A program made the position numbers and the translations under genes. A stretch of DNA of 64,000 bases from an uncultured Gammaproteobacteria bacterium (GTDB lineage: Bacteria > Patescibacteriota > Patescibacteriia > Magasanikbacterales > UBA922): contig CAYQNA010000001.1 in the NCBI GenBank assembly GCA_964418775.1, positions 446-64,445 on the forward strand, given 5' to 3'. How positions within the stretch are numbered: the first letter of the stretch is position 1; every line of letters begins with the position of its first letter. The notes beneath the pieces were generated by a model. It did no database searches. It was not told where the DNA came from and saw nothing but the letters and a program-made list of their open reading frames with translations. This document shows, piece by piece, positions 18,568 through 27,683 of the stretch.

Positions 18568-20334
18568 ATGCATAACAAGGAACAACTTTTGGCCGAGGCG
18601 CGGGAGCGTGTAGCGCAGGTGCGGGCCGCGATCGAGGAGGCGGTGGTGCGCAAGGGTGAGCAGTCTGTGACCTTGCGACACCAGGCGCGCACGATTGGGA
18701 CGAGCGATGCGTTTGCGTACGCACGTTTGTCCGCGCATTATCACGAGCAAACTAAAGGCCTGGCTGATTTGGCGCCAGCGCCGTATTTTGCGCGCTGTGA
18801 TTTTGGCGAGGTCGGGCGCGAAAAGGCGTATTATATTGGTAAATTTTCATTTACGGAGCAGGACATCTATTCGTGGGTTACGCCAGTGGCGCGACTGCGG
18901 TTTGAAAACCCGGGAGCAGCCGAGTACACGCGTTTGGATGGGGAAGTGCGGCGCGGAAATTTGGCGCGCAAAGACAGTTATTTGATTGTTGATGGGGCGA
19001 TTAAATTTTTTGCGACCGAAGCCGTGGGCACGCCACGCGAATTGATTTATCAGGAACATTTTACGCGCCAAAAAAGTGATTTTGTGTTGCCCGAGATTGT
19101 GGCGCTCATGGAAAAGGCACAGGACCAAGTGATCCGTGCCGATTGGCGCGGGCCATTTGTGATTAGTGGGCCGGCCGGGTCGGGCAAGACCACGCTGGCG
19201 CTGCACCGCATTGCCTATTTGTTGCAATCACCAGACACAGCGGAGTATTTTTCACCACAGGAAATTTTGGTGCTTGTGCAAGACGCGGGTAGTCGTGATT
19301 ATTTTGCGCGCTTGTTACCAGATTTGGGTATTAGCGGCGTGCACATTCAAACGTTTAGTGATTGGGCCGCGCATATTTTAGAATTAAAGAATTGGCAATT
19401 GGCTGATGAAGATTATAGCGAGGAGGCGTTGCAGTATGCGCACGCAAAATTATTGGCGTTGCGTGATTTGCCAGAAATAAAACACACGACGCAGATTTTT
19501 AAAACTTTAGAAACCGTGTATGGTAATTATTTTTCAGATGCGCAAAAGGAACAACTGCGCGAACAAAAACGCTTGAAAACATTGGATAAAATTGACCTCA
19601 CGGTTTTGCTTGCAATTTTTAAACAAACATATGGCGCGCTCACGGCCACTCAAGAATATTGGCAGGAATTGCAGCGCGGAGGGTATCGCAAGAAAACAGA
19701 CCGCTGGACTTTAAAATATAATTTAATGGTTATCGACGAATTTCAAAACTATTTGCCCGAGCAAGTGGCGCTGTTGAAAAGCACGCTGAATCCGCGCGTG
19801 CAATCCATGGTGTATGTGGGGGACTTGGGGCAGCAAACGCGGCTCGGGACCATGCAAGATTGGCAGAGTATTGACGAGGCAATTCCAGCCGAGCGTATTG
19901 TGCGCTTGCAAAAAGTGTATCGCAACACGCGGCAGATTTTGGAATATGTGCGTGGGCGTGGGTATACGGTGGATATTCCCGCGCAAGTAAAAGATGGTCC
20001 AAAAGTTGAAGAAGTAAAAGTGCAATCAGCAACTGACGAAATTGCGCATATTGAAAAAACGCGGGAGCCAAACGCCTTTGTTGGTGTGCTGGCCATGAAT
20101 CGCCATTATTTAATTGCGTTCAAAAAACATTTTGCAGGAAACAAAAATGTAAAATGCTTGTCGTTTGTCGAAGCCCAAGGTTTGGAATTTGATGAAGTCT
20201 ATATTGTGGGCGGGCGCGAGGCAGTCATGCCAGAGTTGCCGGGCACGTTAGGGGATGAAGTGCGCAAAATTTACCGCGATTTGGAATATGTGGCCCTGAC
20301 GCGTGCAATGAATCGACTGACAGTATTTACCTAA
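18568..20334 (+). CDS. UvrD/HelD-like superfamily-1 DNA helicase
   Basis: Walker A ISGPAGSGKTTLALHRIAYLL, a DEx-like MVIDEFQNY and C-terminal SF1 motifs (VYRNTRQI, EAQGLEFDEVYIVG). Confidence 0.6.
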   Translation: MHNKEQLLAEARERVAQVRAAIEEAVVRKGEQSVTLRHQARTIGTSDAFAYARLSAHYHEQTKGLADLAPAPYFARCDFGEVGREKAYYIGKFSFTEQDIYSWVTPVARLRFENPGAAEYTRLDGEVRRGNLARKDSYLIVDGAIKFFATEAVGTPRELIYQEHFTRQKSDFVLPEIVALMEKAQDQVIRADWRGPFVISGPAGSGKTTLALHRIAYLLQSPDTAEYFSPQEILVLVQDAGSRDYFARLLPDLGISGVHIQTFSDWAAHILELKNWQLADEDYSEEALQYAHAKLLALRDLPEIKHTTQIFKTLETVYGNYFSDAQKEQLREQKRLKTLDKIDLTVLLAIFKQTYGALTATQEYWQELQRGGYRKKTDRWTLKYNLMVIDEFQNYLPEQVALLKSTLNPRVQSMVYVGDLGQQTRLGTMQDWQSIDEAIPAERIVRLQKVYRNTRQILEYVRGRGYTVDIPAQVKDGPKVEEVKVQSATDEIAHIEKTREPNAFVGVLAMNRHYLIAFKKHFAGNKNVKCLSFVEAQGLEFDEVYIVGGREAVMPELPGTLGDEVRKIYRDLEYVALTRAMNRLTVFT

Positions 20335-21492
20335 TTATTCCGGGCGAATGCGGAAGACACGGTCATCGGTGTTGGCTGGTGTGCCGCGGCCATCACGGTT
20401 GGAGGTGGAGAAGTAGATAGCGCCATCGGGCCCCTGGGCGACGGCGCGGATGCGACCATATTTAATGCCGGCAAGTTTTTCAACATTCGCAATTTTGGTT
20501 GGGTTATTGGGATCGAGCACGAGGCGAATTAGACCCTCGCCTTTGAGCGCGCCAAAAAATAAATTGCCAGTGAATTGGGGGATGGCCGTGCCAGTATAGG
20601 CCAGGAGCGAGCCTGGAGCTTCGGCCGGAGTGAAGACGCGGAGAGCAGGTTCGGTGCCGTCTTTTAATTTGCCGTGCGACACCAGTGGCCAACCGTAATT
20701 TTTGCCCGCTGCAATTACATTAATTTCATCGCCACCAGCCGGGCCGTCGAAAATCGAGGGGCCGTGTTCACTTTCGTACAAACGGCCGTTTAACCAGGCC
20801 AACCCTTGACCATTACGGTGTCCGTAACTGTACACCGCGCTATTTGGGAAAGGGTTGTCACTCGGAATTGTGCCGTCCGGATTGAGGCGCAAGATTTTCC
20901 CTGACAATGATTGCAAGTTTTGGGCCTCTGCGCGGTCAGTCGCATCGCCAGTCGACACATACAATTTTCCGTCTGGGCCAAATGCGAGCGCGGTGCCAGC
21001 GTGATATTGCGCGGCCGGAATTTTATCAATAATAACGCGGTCTAATTCGAGTCTTGTGCCCTGGTCACGCAAGGTTACAATTTTGACAAACGAACTTTTG
21101 GCTGGTCCGTAAGCAACTGCAGCGTAGATTAATTTATCGGTCGAGTATTGAGGTGAAAGCGCAAGCGCCATTAAACCTTCCTCGCCACTGGTCGCAACTT
21201 CGGTGAAGGTGTAGAGTGGCGTGTCAGCGAATTTACCATCAACGAACGCTACAATTCGACCTGGTCGCTCGGCAATTAACATTCGATTTTGTGCAGTAAA
21301 CGCTAGACTCCACGGCACTTCTAGGCCACGCGCAACTTCCTCGACCACATATTGAACTGATGCGGCGGGTGGCGTGGCTGAATTATGCGGCGCAGCGGCC
21401 AAACGAGATTGAAATAGCGCAAAATATTGTACGGACCACAGACCGGCGCCAAGTGCGACCAAAATTACGACCAGCCAAATTATGCGGCGCAT
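20335..21492 (-). CDS. Soluble PQQ-dependent glucose/sorbosone dehydrogenase-family β-propeller protein
   Basis: N-terminal TM/signal, then the SGDH-family propeller with typical GxL, YSYGHRNGQG and GPDG motifs. The internal Met at 21492 is preferred as the start. Confidence 0.6.
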   Translation of the reverse strand: MRRIIWLVVILVALGAGLWSVQYFALFQSRLAAAPHNSATPPAASVQYVVEEVARGLEVPWSLAFTAQNRMLIAERPGRIVAFVDGKFADTPLYTFTEVATSGEEGLMALALSPQYSTDKLIYAAVAYGPAKSSFVKIVTLRDQGTRLELDRVIIDKIPAAQYHAGTALAFGPDGKLYVSTGDATDRAEAQNLQSLSGKILRLNPDGTIPSDNPFPNSAVYSYGHRNGQGLAWLNGRLYESEHGPSIFDGPAGGDEINVIAAGKNYGWPLVSHGKLKDGTEPALRVFTPAEAPGSLLAYTGTAIPQFTGNLFFGALKGEGLIRLVLDPNNPTKIANVEKLAGIKYGRIRAVAQGPDGAIYFSTSNRDGRGTPANTDDRVFRIRPE

Positions 21493-21493
21493 G

Positions 21494-21982
21494 TTACTGC
21501 ATGAATTTTTGTGGCAAACCCGTGGTGTCGAGTTTGCTCCAAGCTTCGGCAAACGCACGAACCGTGTCGTCTTGGAATTTTTTCAAACCCTCGTCTGGAG
21601 CACAATTTGCGAGTGGTTTAGTGAGTGATAAGTAATAGTCGCCAACTTTGTGGTCCTGACCAGCTACAGGCGCACGTTCGCCACCAGTCGGGTCATCAAT
21701 ACGGATCTGCTTATCAATATTGCCAATAGGACCAAGGCCGAGTCGGTTGCTGCACGTCTCTGGTGCGGCTGCGAGTAATTTTTTGGAATTCAACATCGCA
21801 ATTTTGTCGCCGCGCTCTTCGCGAATTTGGTACGTTAGGTCTTCGGCCACAGCGCGAGGCAGGGTCAGGTCTAAACCAAGTTCCGGAATTACAAATTGGG
21901 CTTCGTTTTCGTTTTTGCAACCCCAACCACCTAGAGCCAAGGCAAGAACCAGGCCGCCAACGACAAGTTTGTGTGAAAGCAT
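21494..21982 (-). CDS. Secreted protein / putative lipoprotein (hypothetical)
   Basis: Signal peptide ending …LGGWGC. No known domain. Confidence 0.4.
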   Translation of the reverse strand: MLSHKLVVGGLVLALALGGWGCKNENEAQFVIPELGLDLTLPRAVAEDLTYQIREERGDKIAMLNSKKLLAAAPETCSNRLGLGPIGNIDKQIRIDDPTGGERAPVAGQDHKVGDYYLSLTKPLANCAPDEGLKKFQDDTVRAFAEAWSKLDTTGLPQKFMQ

Positions 21983-22025
21983 AGTATTTATTTAAAAGTA
22001 ACCCTTTTACTATAGCACAAATAGC

Positions 22026-23018
22026 TCAATTGGGCAGCCAGGAAAACCGCCGCGGCCGCGGCAGCACAGTCATGCGTTGGTGGACTGGAATTGTGCTCGT
22101 ATCGCCACTCACGACTGGTGGGTGAGCCAAGGCGTCGCGGATACATTCCTGATACGAAACGCGCGGCACAAAACCTGTGTCGCGTTCCAGGTCCGAAACA
22201 TCGTACACATGCGGTAACGACGTCAGCTCCCAACCGCCATGCTCGTCCCACACTTCCTGATACGATTTTGGTTTAATCTTAAGCGTCCCGCCAACTTGCC
22301 GTGCAATCTCTGCATAATAATCCCGCGCCTTCACCGGTTCCGGATTCACGCAATTGTACGCCCTGTGAATCGTCGACGGATTTTCCGCCACCGCCAGCAC
22401 CGCCCGGCCAATATCAGCCGGGTGCACAATATTAAAATCAATATCACCGCCATTACACAATTCCAGTGCCTCGCCACGCTTCAGTCGCGCCACCAATTCC
22501 GGGTCACGGTTATGGTCCGGAATACAACCAAGCAGTGAACCTGGCCCCAAAATATGATACGGCCGCAGAATTGTCCAGGGGAGGGTTTGGGTGCGGATGT
22601 AGGATTCCATTGCAACTTTTTTATCAACATACCCACCCATTTCACCAAGAGAAGCGAGGCGGTGTCCACTTAGGATCGGACGATCATTTTTTTCGCTGCG
22701 AGAATAAACTAAAGTTGTACTTAAGAAGATCAATCGGCTATCTCTAAATAGATCGCATGTTTGTTGTACATCTATATCTTTAGATCCAATAATATCGAAG
22801 ACTATGTTCCAGCCGCCAGATCTATTGGTGATATCTTTCATTAATTTTTTGAAGCTAACTTTTTTATTTCGGTCGGCCCTGTACTGTGTGATTGTTTGTG
22901 GAAAGTGTTGGTTGGCTTCAATGCCAATAGTGTGAACTACGTAGCCAGCTTCACATAGAATTCCAGTCACCGCACTACCGACTATACCTGTCCCCCCAAT
23001 AAGTAATGCTGATTTCAT
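22026..23018 (-). CDS. NAD(P)-dependent epimerase/dehydratase (extended SDR)
   Basis: N-terminal GGTGIVGS Rossmann motif with the fold length of sugar epimerases/reductases. Confidence 0.65.
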   Translation of the reverse strand: MKSALLIGGTGIVGSAVTGILCEAGYVVHTIGIEANQHFPQTITQYRADRNKKVSFKKLMKDITNRSGGWNIVFDIIGSKDIDVQQTCDLFRDSRLIFLSTTLVYSRSEKNDRPILSGHRLASLGEMGGYVDKKVAMESYIRTQTLPWTILRPYHILGPGSLLGCIPDHNRDPELVARLKRGEALELCNGGDIDFNIVHPADIGRAVLAVAENPSTIHRAYNCVNPEPVKARDYYAEIARQVGGTLKIKPKSYQEVWDEHGGWELTSLPHVYDVSDLERDTGFVPRVSYQECIRDALAHPPVVSGDTSTIPVHQRMTVLPRPRRFSWLPN

Positions 23019-23195
23019 AAAAGATATGCTGAGGTATTTTATACTAAGTCTGGTGAAAGTAAAATATAAATTGTGGGGCTCATCCCATTCATTCTGGATT
23101 GCCAGTTAATCATGAGTAGATTAATTACAGGATCACTGCGTGTCCTATCCTAACTAAGGTCATTAATTGTAGATTAGGAACATTTTTTAGGGGTT

Positions 23196-23224
23196 GACAC
23201 TGTTCGTTCGTCAGGTAGACTTAA
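23196..23224 (+). promoter_or_regulatory. σ70-like promoter for the 23.2-25.3 kb cassette
   Basis: TTGACA, a 17-nt spacer, then TAGACT, lying 30 nt upstream of the ATG at 23255 inside a 236-bp AT-rich intergenic gap. Confidence 0.3.
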
Positions 23225-23254
23225 GCCAATTACGTATGATACAAAGTATGAACT

Positions 23255-24322
23255 ATGAAAAAATTTGATAGAAGTGCTCGAAATATGCTTTTTCTCTGGA
23301 AAAAACAGAGGCAAGCTCTTAAAAGACAGAAAAGACGTGTTCTCTATAGAAAAAGACGGAATCGAAGCTTACAGGGGAAACCCTATAGGGTACAAGAGAG
23401 TCTAAAGGGGTATCGAAAAGCAAAAAGGATCAAAGCACCAGAAAATCTTTCATTTCTGGAAAATACAAACGAAGTTGCGGGGTTTGTACATGAGTTAAGC
23501 ACTTCTCTAAAAAATAGGCAGCCAGTATTCGTTGATTTGAGTGAGGTGGCTTCTCTTGATTACGGTGCCATTACGGTTTTATTGTCTGTGATGTATAGGT
23601 TTAAGACAACAAAAATACCGTTTAATGGAAATTTTCCAATTAGGGATGACATTAAATTTAAACTCGTTGATTCTCAGTTTTTTAGGCGTTTAGAGGAAAA
23701 CATTTTTACTGAGCCTGCGTATTTAATTCAAAAAGCAAATCAGATATTCGCAAAAGCCACAAATAAAGTTGTGCCACAATTAGGACAACGTGTCGTAGAA
23801 GAGGCGTCGCAAACCATCTGGGGCAAGAAAAGAGCTTGTAAGGGGATCCCGCGGTTACTCGTAGAGATAATGCAGAATACTCACAACCACGCTATACGAG
23901 GTTCAAAAGGTGGTGCTTACTGGTGGTTATCTGTGAATCATGATACTGTCAATAAGAAAGTTTCCTTTGTCTTTGTGGACTATGGACAAGGAATTTTTGA
24001 AAGCTTGTACAGCAAATGGCCCCTACTATCTTCTTTCAAGAAAAAGGTACTCGGCCCTGACAACGCAACACTTCTTAAAAAACTCCTTGAAGGCGAGGTC
24101 CAAAAGACTGTAACAGGACAATATTTTCGAGGAAAGGGTCTGCCTAATATCATGAAAGTCCTGAAAAGAAATCAGATAAGTAATTTACATATCATAAGTA
24201 ATGATGTATTCGCGGACGTCGCAAAGGATGAGTATTCTACTTTAGAAAAATCTTTTAAAGGCACGTTCTTCCATTGGGAATTGTGCGAAAATAATGAGAA
24301 TGAATTATGGACAATATCTTAA
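23255..24322 (+). CDS. GHKL-superfamily ATPase/kinase (HATPase_c-like) with a highly basic N-terminus and a STAS-like middle segment
   Basis: N-box-like EIMQNTHNHAIRG, G1-box VDYGQGI and G2-box GKGLPNI match the Bergerat fold. Residues 1-60 are ~40% K/R. Residues ~95-125 (PVFVDLSEVASLDYGAITVLLSV) resemble a STAS/anti-σ-antagonist fold. AT-rich codon usage. Confidence 0.45.
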   Translation: MKKFDRSARNMLFLWKKQRQALKRQKRRVLYRKRRNRSLQGKPYRVQESLKGYRKAKRIKAPENLSFLENTNEVAGFVHELSTSLKNRQPVFVDLSEVASLDYGAITVLLSVMYRFKTTKIPFNGNFPIRDDIKFKLVDSQFFRRLEENIFTEPAYLIQKANQIFAKATNKVVPQLGQRVVEEASQTIWGKKRACKGIPRLLVEIMQNTHNHAIRGSKGGAYWWLSVNHDTVNKKVSFVFVDYGQGIFESLYSKWPLLSSFKKKVLGPDNATLLKKLLEGEVQKTVTGQYFRGKGLPNIMKVLKRNQISNLHIISNDVFADVAKDEYSTLEKSFKGTFFHWELCENNENELWTIS

Positions 24323-24639
24323 TCTCTATTGCAGATGATTTTTCAAAAACACCAGGCTCTCGGTACCGGGAAGAAGGCGAGTTTTCAGGAGAAGAATTTC
24401 TTGAGGAAATTCTTGAGCCAAGTTTTGTTAAAGCTCGTGCAGAGGGCAAGCAGTTGGTCGTAGATTTAGATAGAACAGTCGGCTATGGCACTTCTTTTTT
24501 GGAAGAAGTTTTTGGTGGTTTGGCCAGGAAGTATGGTGCAGAAGAAGTCAAATCTCATCTCTCTATAATTTCAGAGGAGGAGAGATATCTTAAAGAGGAT
24601 ATAGAAGAGTATATCAGTGACGCTGGTAGAAAAGGCTGA
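24307..24639 (+). CDS. STAS-like small protein (DUF4325-like)
   Basis: 110 aa; …GEEFLEEILEPSF…GKQLVVDLDRTVGYGTSFLEEVFGGL… follows the STAS-like DUF4325 pattern. Start overlaps the upstream gene by 16 nt, suggesting translational coupling. Confidence 0.4.
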   Translation: MDNILISIADDFSKTPGSRYREEGEFSGEEFLEEILEPSFVKARAEGKQLVVDLDRTVGYGTSFLEEVFGGLARKYGAEEVKSHLSIISEEERYLKEDIEEYISDAGRKG

Positions 24640-24646
24640 TGTTGAG

Positions 24647-25270
24647 ACTATGAAGAAATTTTTTAGTTCAAAATTGCCGCACCTGGTAGCATTTATGGTG
24701 GGAATTATCGTGGGCATCGCCGTGTTTTTGTTAGGCTTATCTCGCTTTTCACTGCGGTTTAGTAATCAAGTTGATCTTCAATTAGATGTTTTTTCGATAG
24801 TTGATTTGTTAGTTACTGTTCTGTTAACTGTGTATGTCGCTGGTAAGCTCACCAGAGATAATGAGCAGGTTCGGATTGAAAAGCAGATCATAATTGAAGA
24901 TCTACATATATTTAAAAAAGATTTTATTAAAAGCATCTCTGGTCTTCTGGGTGGTGGTTCAAAGGTCGGGTTAATATCTGTGACGTCGGAGCTAAAAAGA
25001 CTAAGATCTGATTTTCAGTCCTGGACTGATCTATTGGAGTCCTGGGGTTCCTTGGATGTTAAAACCCTGACAGATAGTGTAGACAGAAGCATCAGGGATA
25101 TAAGAGATTATTTTACTGACACAGCTGTTTCTTCTGCGGACACAACTAAGTCAAAAATTAAGGGAGGGGATATATCCCTTACATCTGATACGCGAACCAA
25201 GATCGAGAGAGAAGTTTTAGAACTAAGAAAAAATATGTTTCAATTGGTAGTGAGAATTAATCGCAATTAA
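24647..25270 (+). CDS. 2-TM membrane protein with a cytoplasmic coiled-coil tail (hypothetical effector/sensor)
   Basis: Two N-terminal hydrophobic helices, then ~130 aa of charged coiled-coil. Start could be 24617 or the ATG at 24647. Confidence 0.4.
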   Translation, partial: TMKKFFSSKLPHLVAFMVGIIVGIAVFLLGLSRFSLRFSNQVDLQLDVFSIVDLLVTVLLTVYVAGKLTRDNEQVRIEKQIIIEDLHIFKKDFIKSISGLLGGGSKVGLISVTSELKRLRSDFQSWTDLLESWGSLDVKTLTDSVDRSIRDIRDYFTDTAVSSADTTKSKIKGGDISLTSDTRTKIEREVLELRKNMFQLVVRINRN

Positions 25271-25292
25271 TTTTGATCCATATTAAATCAAT

Positions 25293-25321
25293 AAAAAACG
25301 AGCCTCGCGGCCCGTTTTTAA
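25293..25321. terminator. Bidirectional intrinsic terminator between convergent genes
   Basis: AAAAACGaGCC-tcgc-GGCcCGTTTTT is a GC stem flanked by an A-run and a T-run. Confidence 0.55.
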
Positions 25322-25322
25322 T

Positions 25323-25751
25323 TTATTGATTTTGTTGTGGAGGATTTGCAGGTGGCGCTGGAGGTGTTGGTGGTATTGGAGGAGCAGGAGGCGTTGGGGG
25401 TGTTGGCGGAGATGGTGGAGTCTGTGGCGCAACTGGCTGTGGTGGCATTGGTACTGGTCGTGATGTTGGTGCTGGCGATGGTCCGCGCCAATCTGGATTC
25501 AAGAGCCCAGTAGGATTATTGTATTTAATGACTACTAAGTAGGTCACAGCCCCAACCAGTGGCGCGAGCATTAGGATTAGCACCCACAAGGCCTTTTCGA
25601 CATTGTTGCGAAAATCGCGACGGGCACAATCCACTAATAGCCACAACCAAAGTGCGACTAGAATGAGTCCAATTACTGGACCCATAAACCAACTAAAATC
25701 AGGTTCATCCATAGTGCGATTGACCATGGACCAGGAATGCATGTATCCCAT
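25323..25751 (-). CDS. PLDc_N-domain membrane protein with a proline-rich C-terminal tail
   Basis: KALWVLILMLAPLVGAVTYLV matches the phospholipase-D-like N-terminal domain. The tail is PxPP repeats. Confidence 0.45.
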   Translation of the reverse strand: MGYMHSWSMVNRTMDEPDFSWFMGPVIGLILVALWLWLLVDCARRDFRNNVEKALWVLILMLAPLVGAVTYLVVIKYNNPTGLLNPDWRGPSPAPTSRPVPMPPQPVAPQTPPSPPTPPTPPAPPIPPTPPAPPANPPQQNQ

Positions 25752-25867
25752 ATAGGTTCAGGTTAATAATACTTTTTTACTATAACAAATTTGCTGTACC
25801 TGTCCAGTTGGCGTACAGAGGTTGACAAAATCAAATTTTTTGGCTATAGTTGGCCAATATTTCTCTC

Positions 25868-27568
25868 ATGACCACATTTTCTACATTGGGCCTACGCCCC
25901 GAGCTGGTGCAAGCGCTGGATACGATGGGCTTTTCGACGCCGACTGATATTCAGGGGCAGGCGATTCCGCATATTTTGAATTCAACTCAGGACCTGGTGG
26001 CCCTGGCGCAAACCGGTACGGGCAAGACGGGTGCGTTTAGTTTGCCGATTTTGTCACGCATTGACCCGGTCCTCAACCGCACGCAGGCCTTGATTTTGTG
26101 CCCAACGCGCGAATTGTGTTTGCAGATTAGCAAGGACATTCGGGCGTTTTTGTCGTTTTTGCCAAACATCAAAGTGGCCGCGATTTATGGCGGTGACAGT
26201 TATACCACGCAGTTGCGCGCCTTGCAGGCTGGGCCGCAAATTATTGTGGGTACGCCAGGCCGCACGCTCGACATGGTGAATCGTGGTAAATTAAATTTGG
26301 AACATATTTCGTGGCTCGTGCTTGATGAGGCTGATGAAATGCTCAAGATGGGTTTTAAGGAAGAGCTGGATGCGATTTTAAAAACTGCGCCAGCAACCAA
26401 ACAAACCTTGTTGTTTTCGGCAACCATGGATCGCGTGGTGGAGCAGATTTCCAAGGCGTACATGAAAAAGCCAAAGGAAATTACCACTGCGGCCAAGAAC
26501 AGTGGTTCGGCCAATATTGCGCACGAGTATTATATTGTGCAAGCGCGCGACAAGTACGAGGCGCTCAAGCGCATTTTGGATATTCACCCGCAAATTTACG
26601 GGATTATTTTTTGCAACACGCGTTTGGAAACGCAGCACATTGCGAGCAAATTGTCGCAAGAACATTACACCGCCGCCGCGATTAGTGGCGAACTTTCGCA
26701 GAGCCAGCGTGAGCAAGTGATGTCCCAATTCCGCAGCAAACAAATTCGTATTTTGGTTGCGACTGATGTGGCTGCGCGCGGCATTGACGTGAAAGAGCTG
26801 AGTCACGTAATTCACTATGGCCTGCCAACCAAAGTTGAATATTACACACACCGCAGTGGTCGCACGGGCCGTGCCAATAGCACGGGCACGTCGATTGCGA
26901 TTGTGCATTCGCGCGAAACTTCGATGGTGCGTTTTATTAGCAATAAGACGGGCGTGAAATTTACGAATAAACAGATTCCAACGGCCAAAGATATTTGCAC
27001 AGCGCAATTGTTGCATTTGATTGAAAAGATTCAGGAAACCAAAACTGACAACGTTGACCTGACGCCATACTTGCCAATTATTGAAGAAAAATTAGCGCAC
27101 CTGACGCGCGAAGAATTGATCAAACATTTGGTGGCCGTGGAATTGAGTCGCTTTATTAATTTTTACAAAAACCTGCCAGACATTCACACGCCAGCCATGA
27201 CAATTCAGGGCAATCCACGCCCTGAATCATTTTCGACCCAGGACATGACTCGTTTACGTTTGAATGTTGGTCGCAAACATGGTTTTTCTGTGCCTGCGCT
27301 GTTCGGCATGATCAATGCACAGCCTGGCCTCAAAGGTCTTGTGGTTGGCGGCATCTGGCTCGAAAGTGATCACACGTTATTTGAAGTCGAAGCGCGTCGA
27401 GCCGGTCAATTAATTGCCGCGATCAACGGCAAAAAAGTCGGTGGCACAATTCTCTCCCTCACCTCTATTTTTGTAAAAGGCCGCGCCGCAGCTGCTCCTC
27501 GCCGCGCTGCGCCATCTGCTCGCCCATACACTAACCGCGTTTCCAAAGGCATGTTTAAGAAGCGGTAA
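25868..27568 (+). CDS. DEAD-box ATP-dependent RNA helicase (DeaD/CsdA-like) with a C-terminal DbpA-type RNA-binding domain
   Basis: Motifs Q, I (AQTGTGKT), II (DEAD), III (SAT) and VI (HRSGRTGRAN). Confidence 0.85.
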   Translation: MTTFSTLGLRPELVQALDTMGFSTPTDIQGQAIPHILNSTQDLVALAQTGTGKTGAFSLPILSRIDPVLNRTQALILCPTRELCLQISKDIRAFLSFLPNIKVAAIYGGDSYTTQLRALQAGPQIIVGTPGRTLDMVNRGKLNLEHISWLVLDEADEMLKMGFKEELDAILKTAPATKQTLLFSATMDRVVEQISKAYMKKPKEITTAAKNSGSANIAHEYYIVQARDKYEALKRILDIHPQIYGIIFCNTRLETQHIASKLSQEHYTAAAISGELSQSQREQVMSQFRSKQIRILVATDVAARGIDVKELSHVIHYGLPTKVEYYTHRSGRTGRANSTGTSIAIVHSRETSMVRFISNKTGVKFTNKQIPTAKDICTAQLLHLIEKIQETKTDNVDLTPYLPIIEEKLAHLTREELIKHLVAVELSRFINFYKNLPDIHTPAMTIQGNPRPESFSTQDMTRLRLNVGRKHGFSVPALFGMINAQPGLKGLVVGGIWLESDHTLFEVEARRAGQLIAAINGKKVGGTILSLTSIFVKGRAAAAPRRAAPSARPYTNRVSKGMFKKR

Positions 27569-27683
27569 ACTTATCAGGTCTTTTTCGTCAACGGTAATTA
27601 AGGTCGCAGCGTAAAAAAGAACATCATAGTATGGTGTTCTTTTTGTAATTGAGAAAGGTGTGTTAAATTGCTATACTGTCCGC

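Noticed and set aside
23100-23190. Short repeated 'TAGATTAATTAC / ATTAATTGTAGATTAG' motifs upstream of the GHKL cassette
   Set aside because: Too short and imperfect to call an operator or inverted repeat with confidence. Noted only as part of the AT-rich promoter region.
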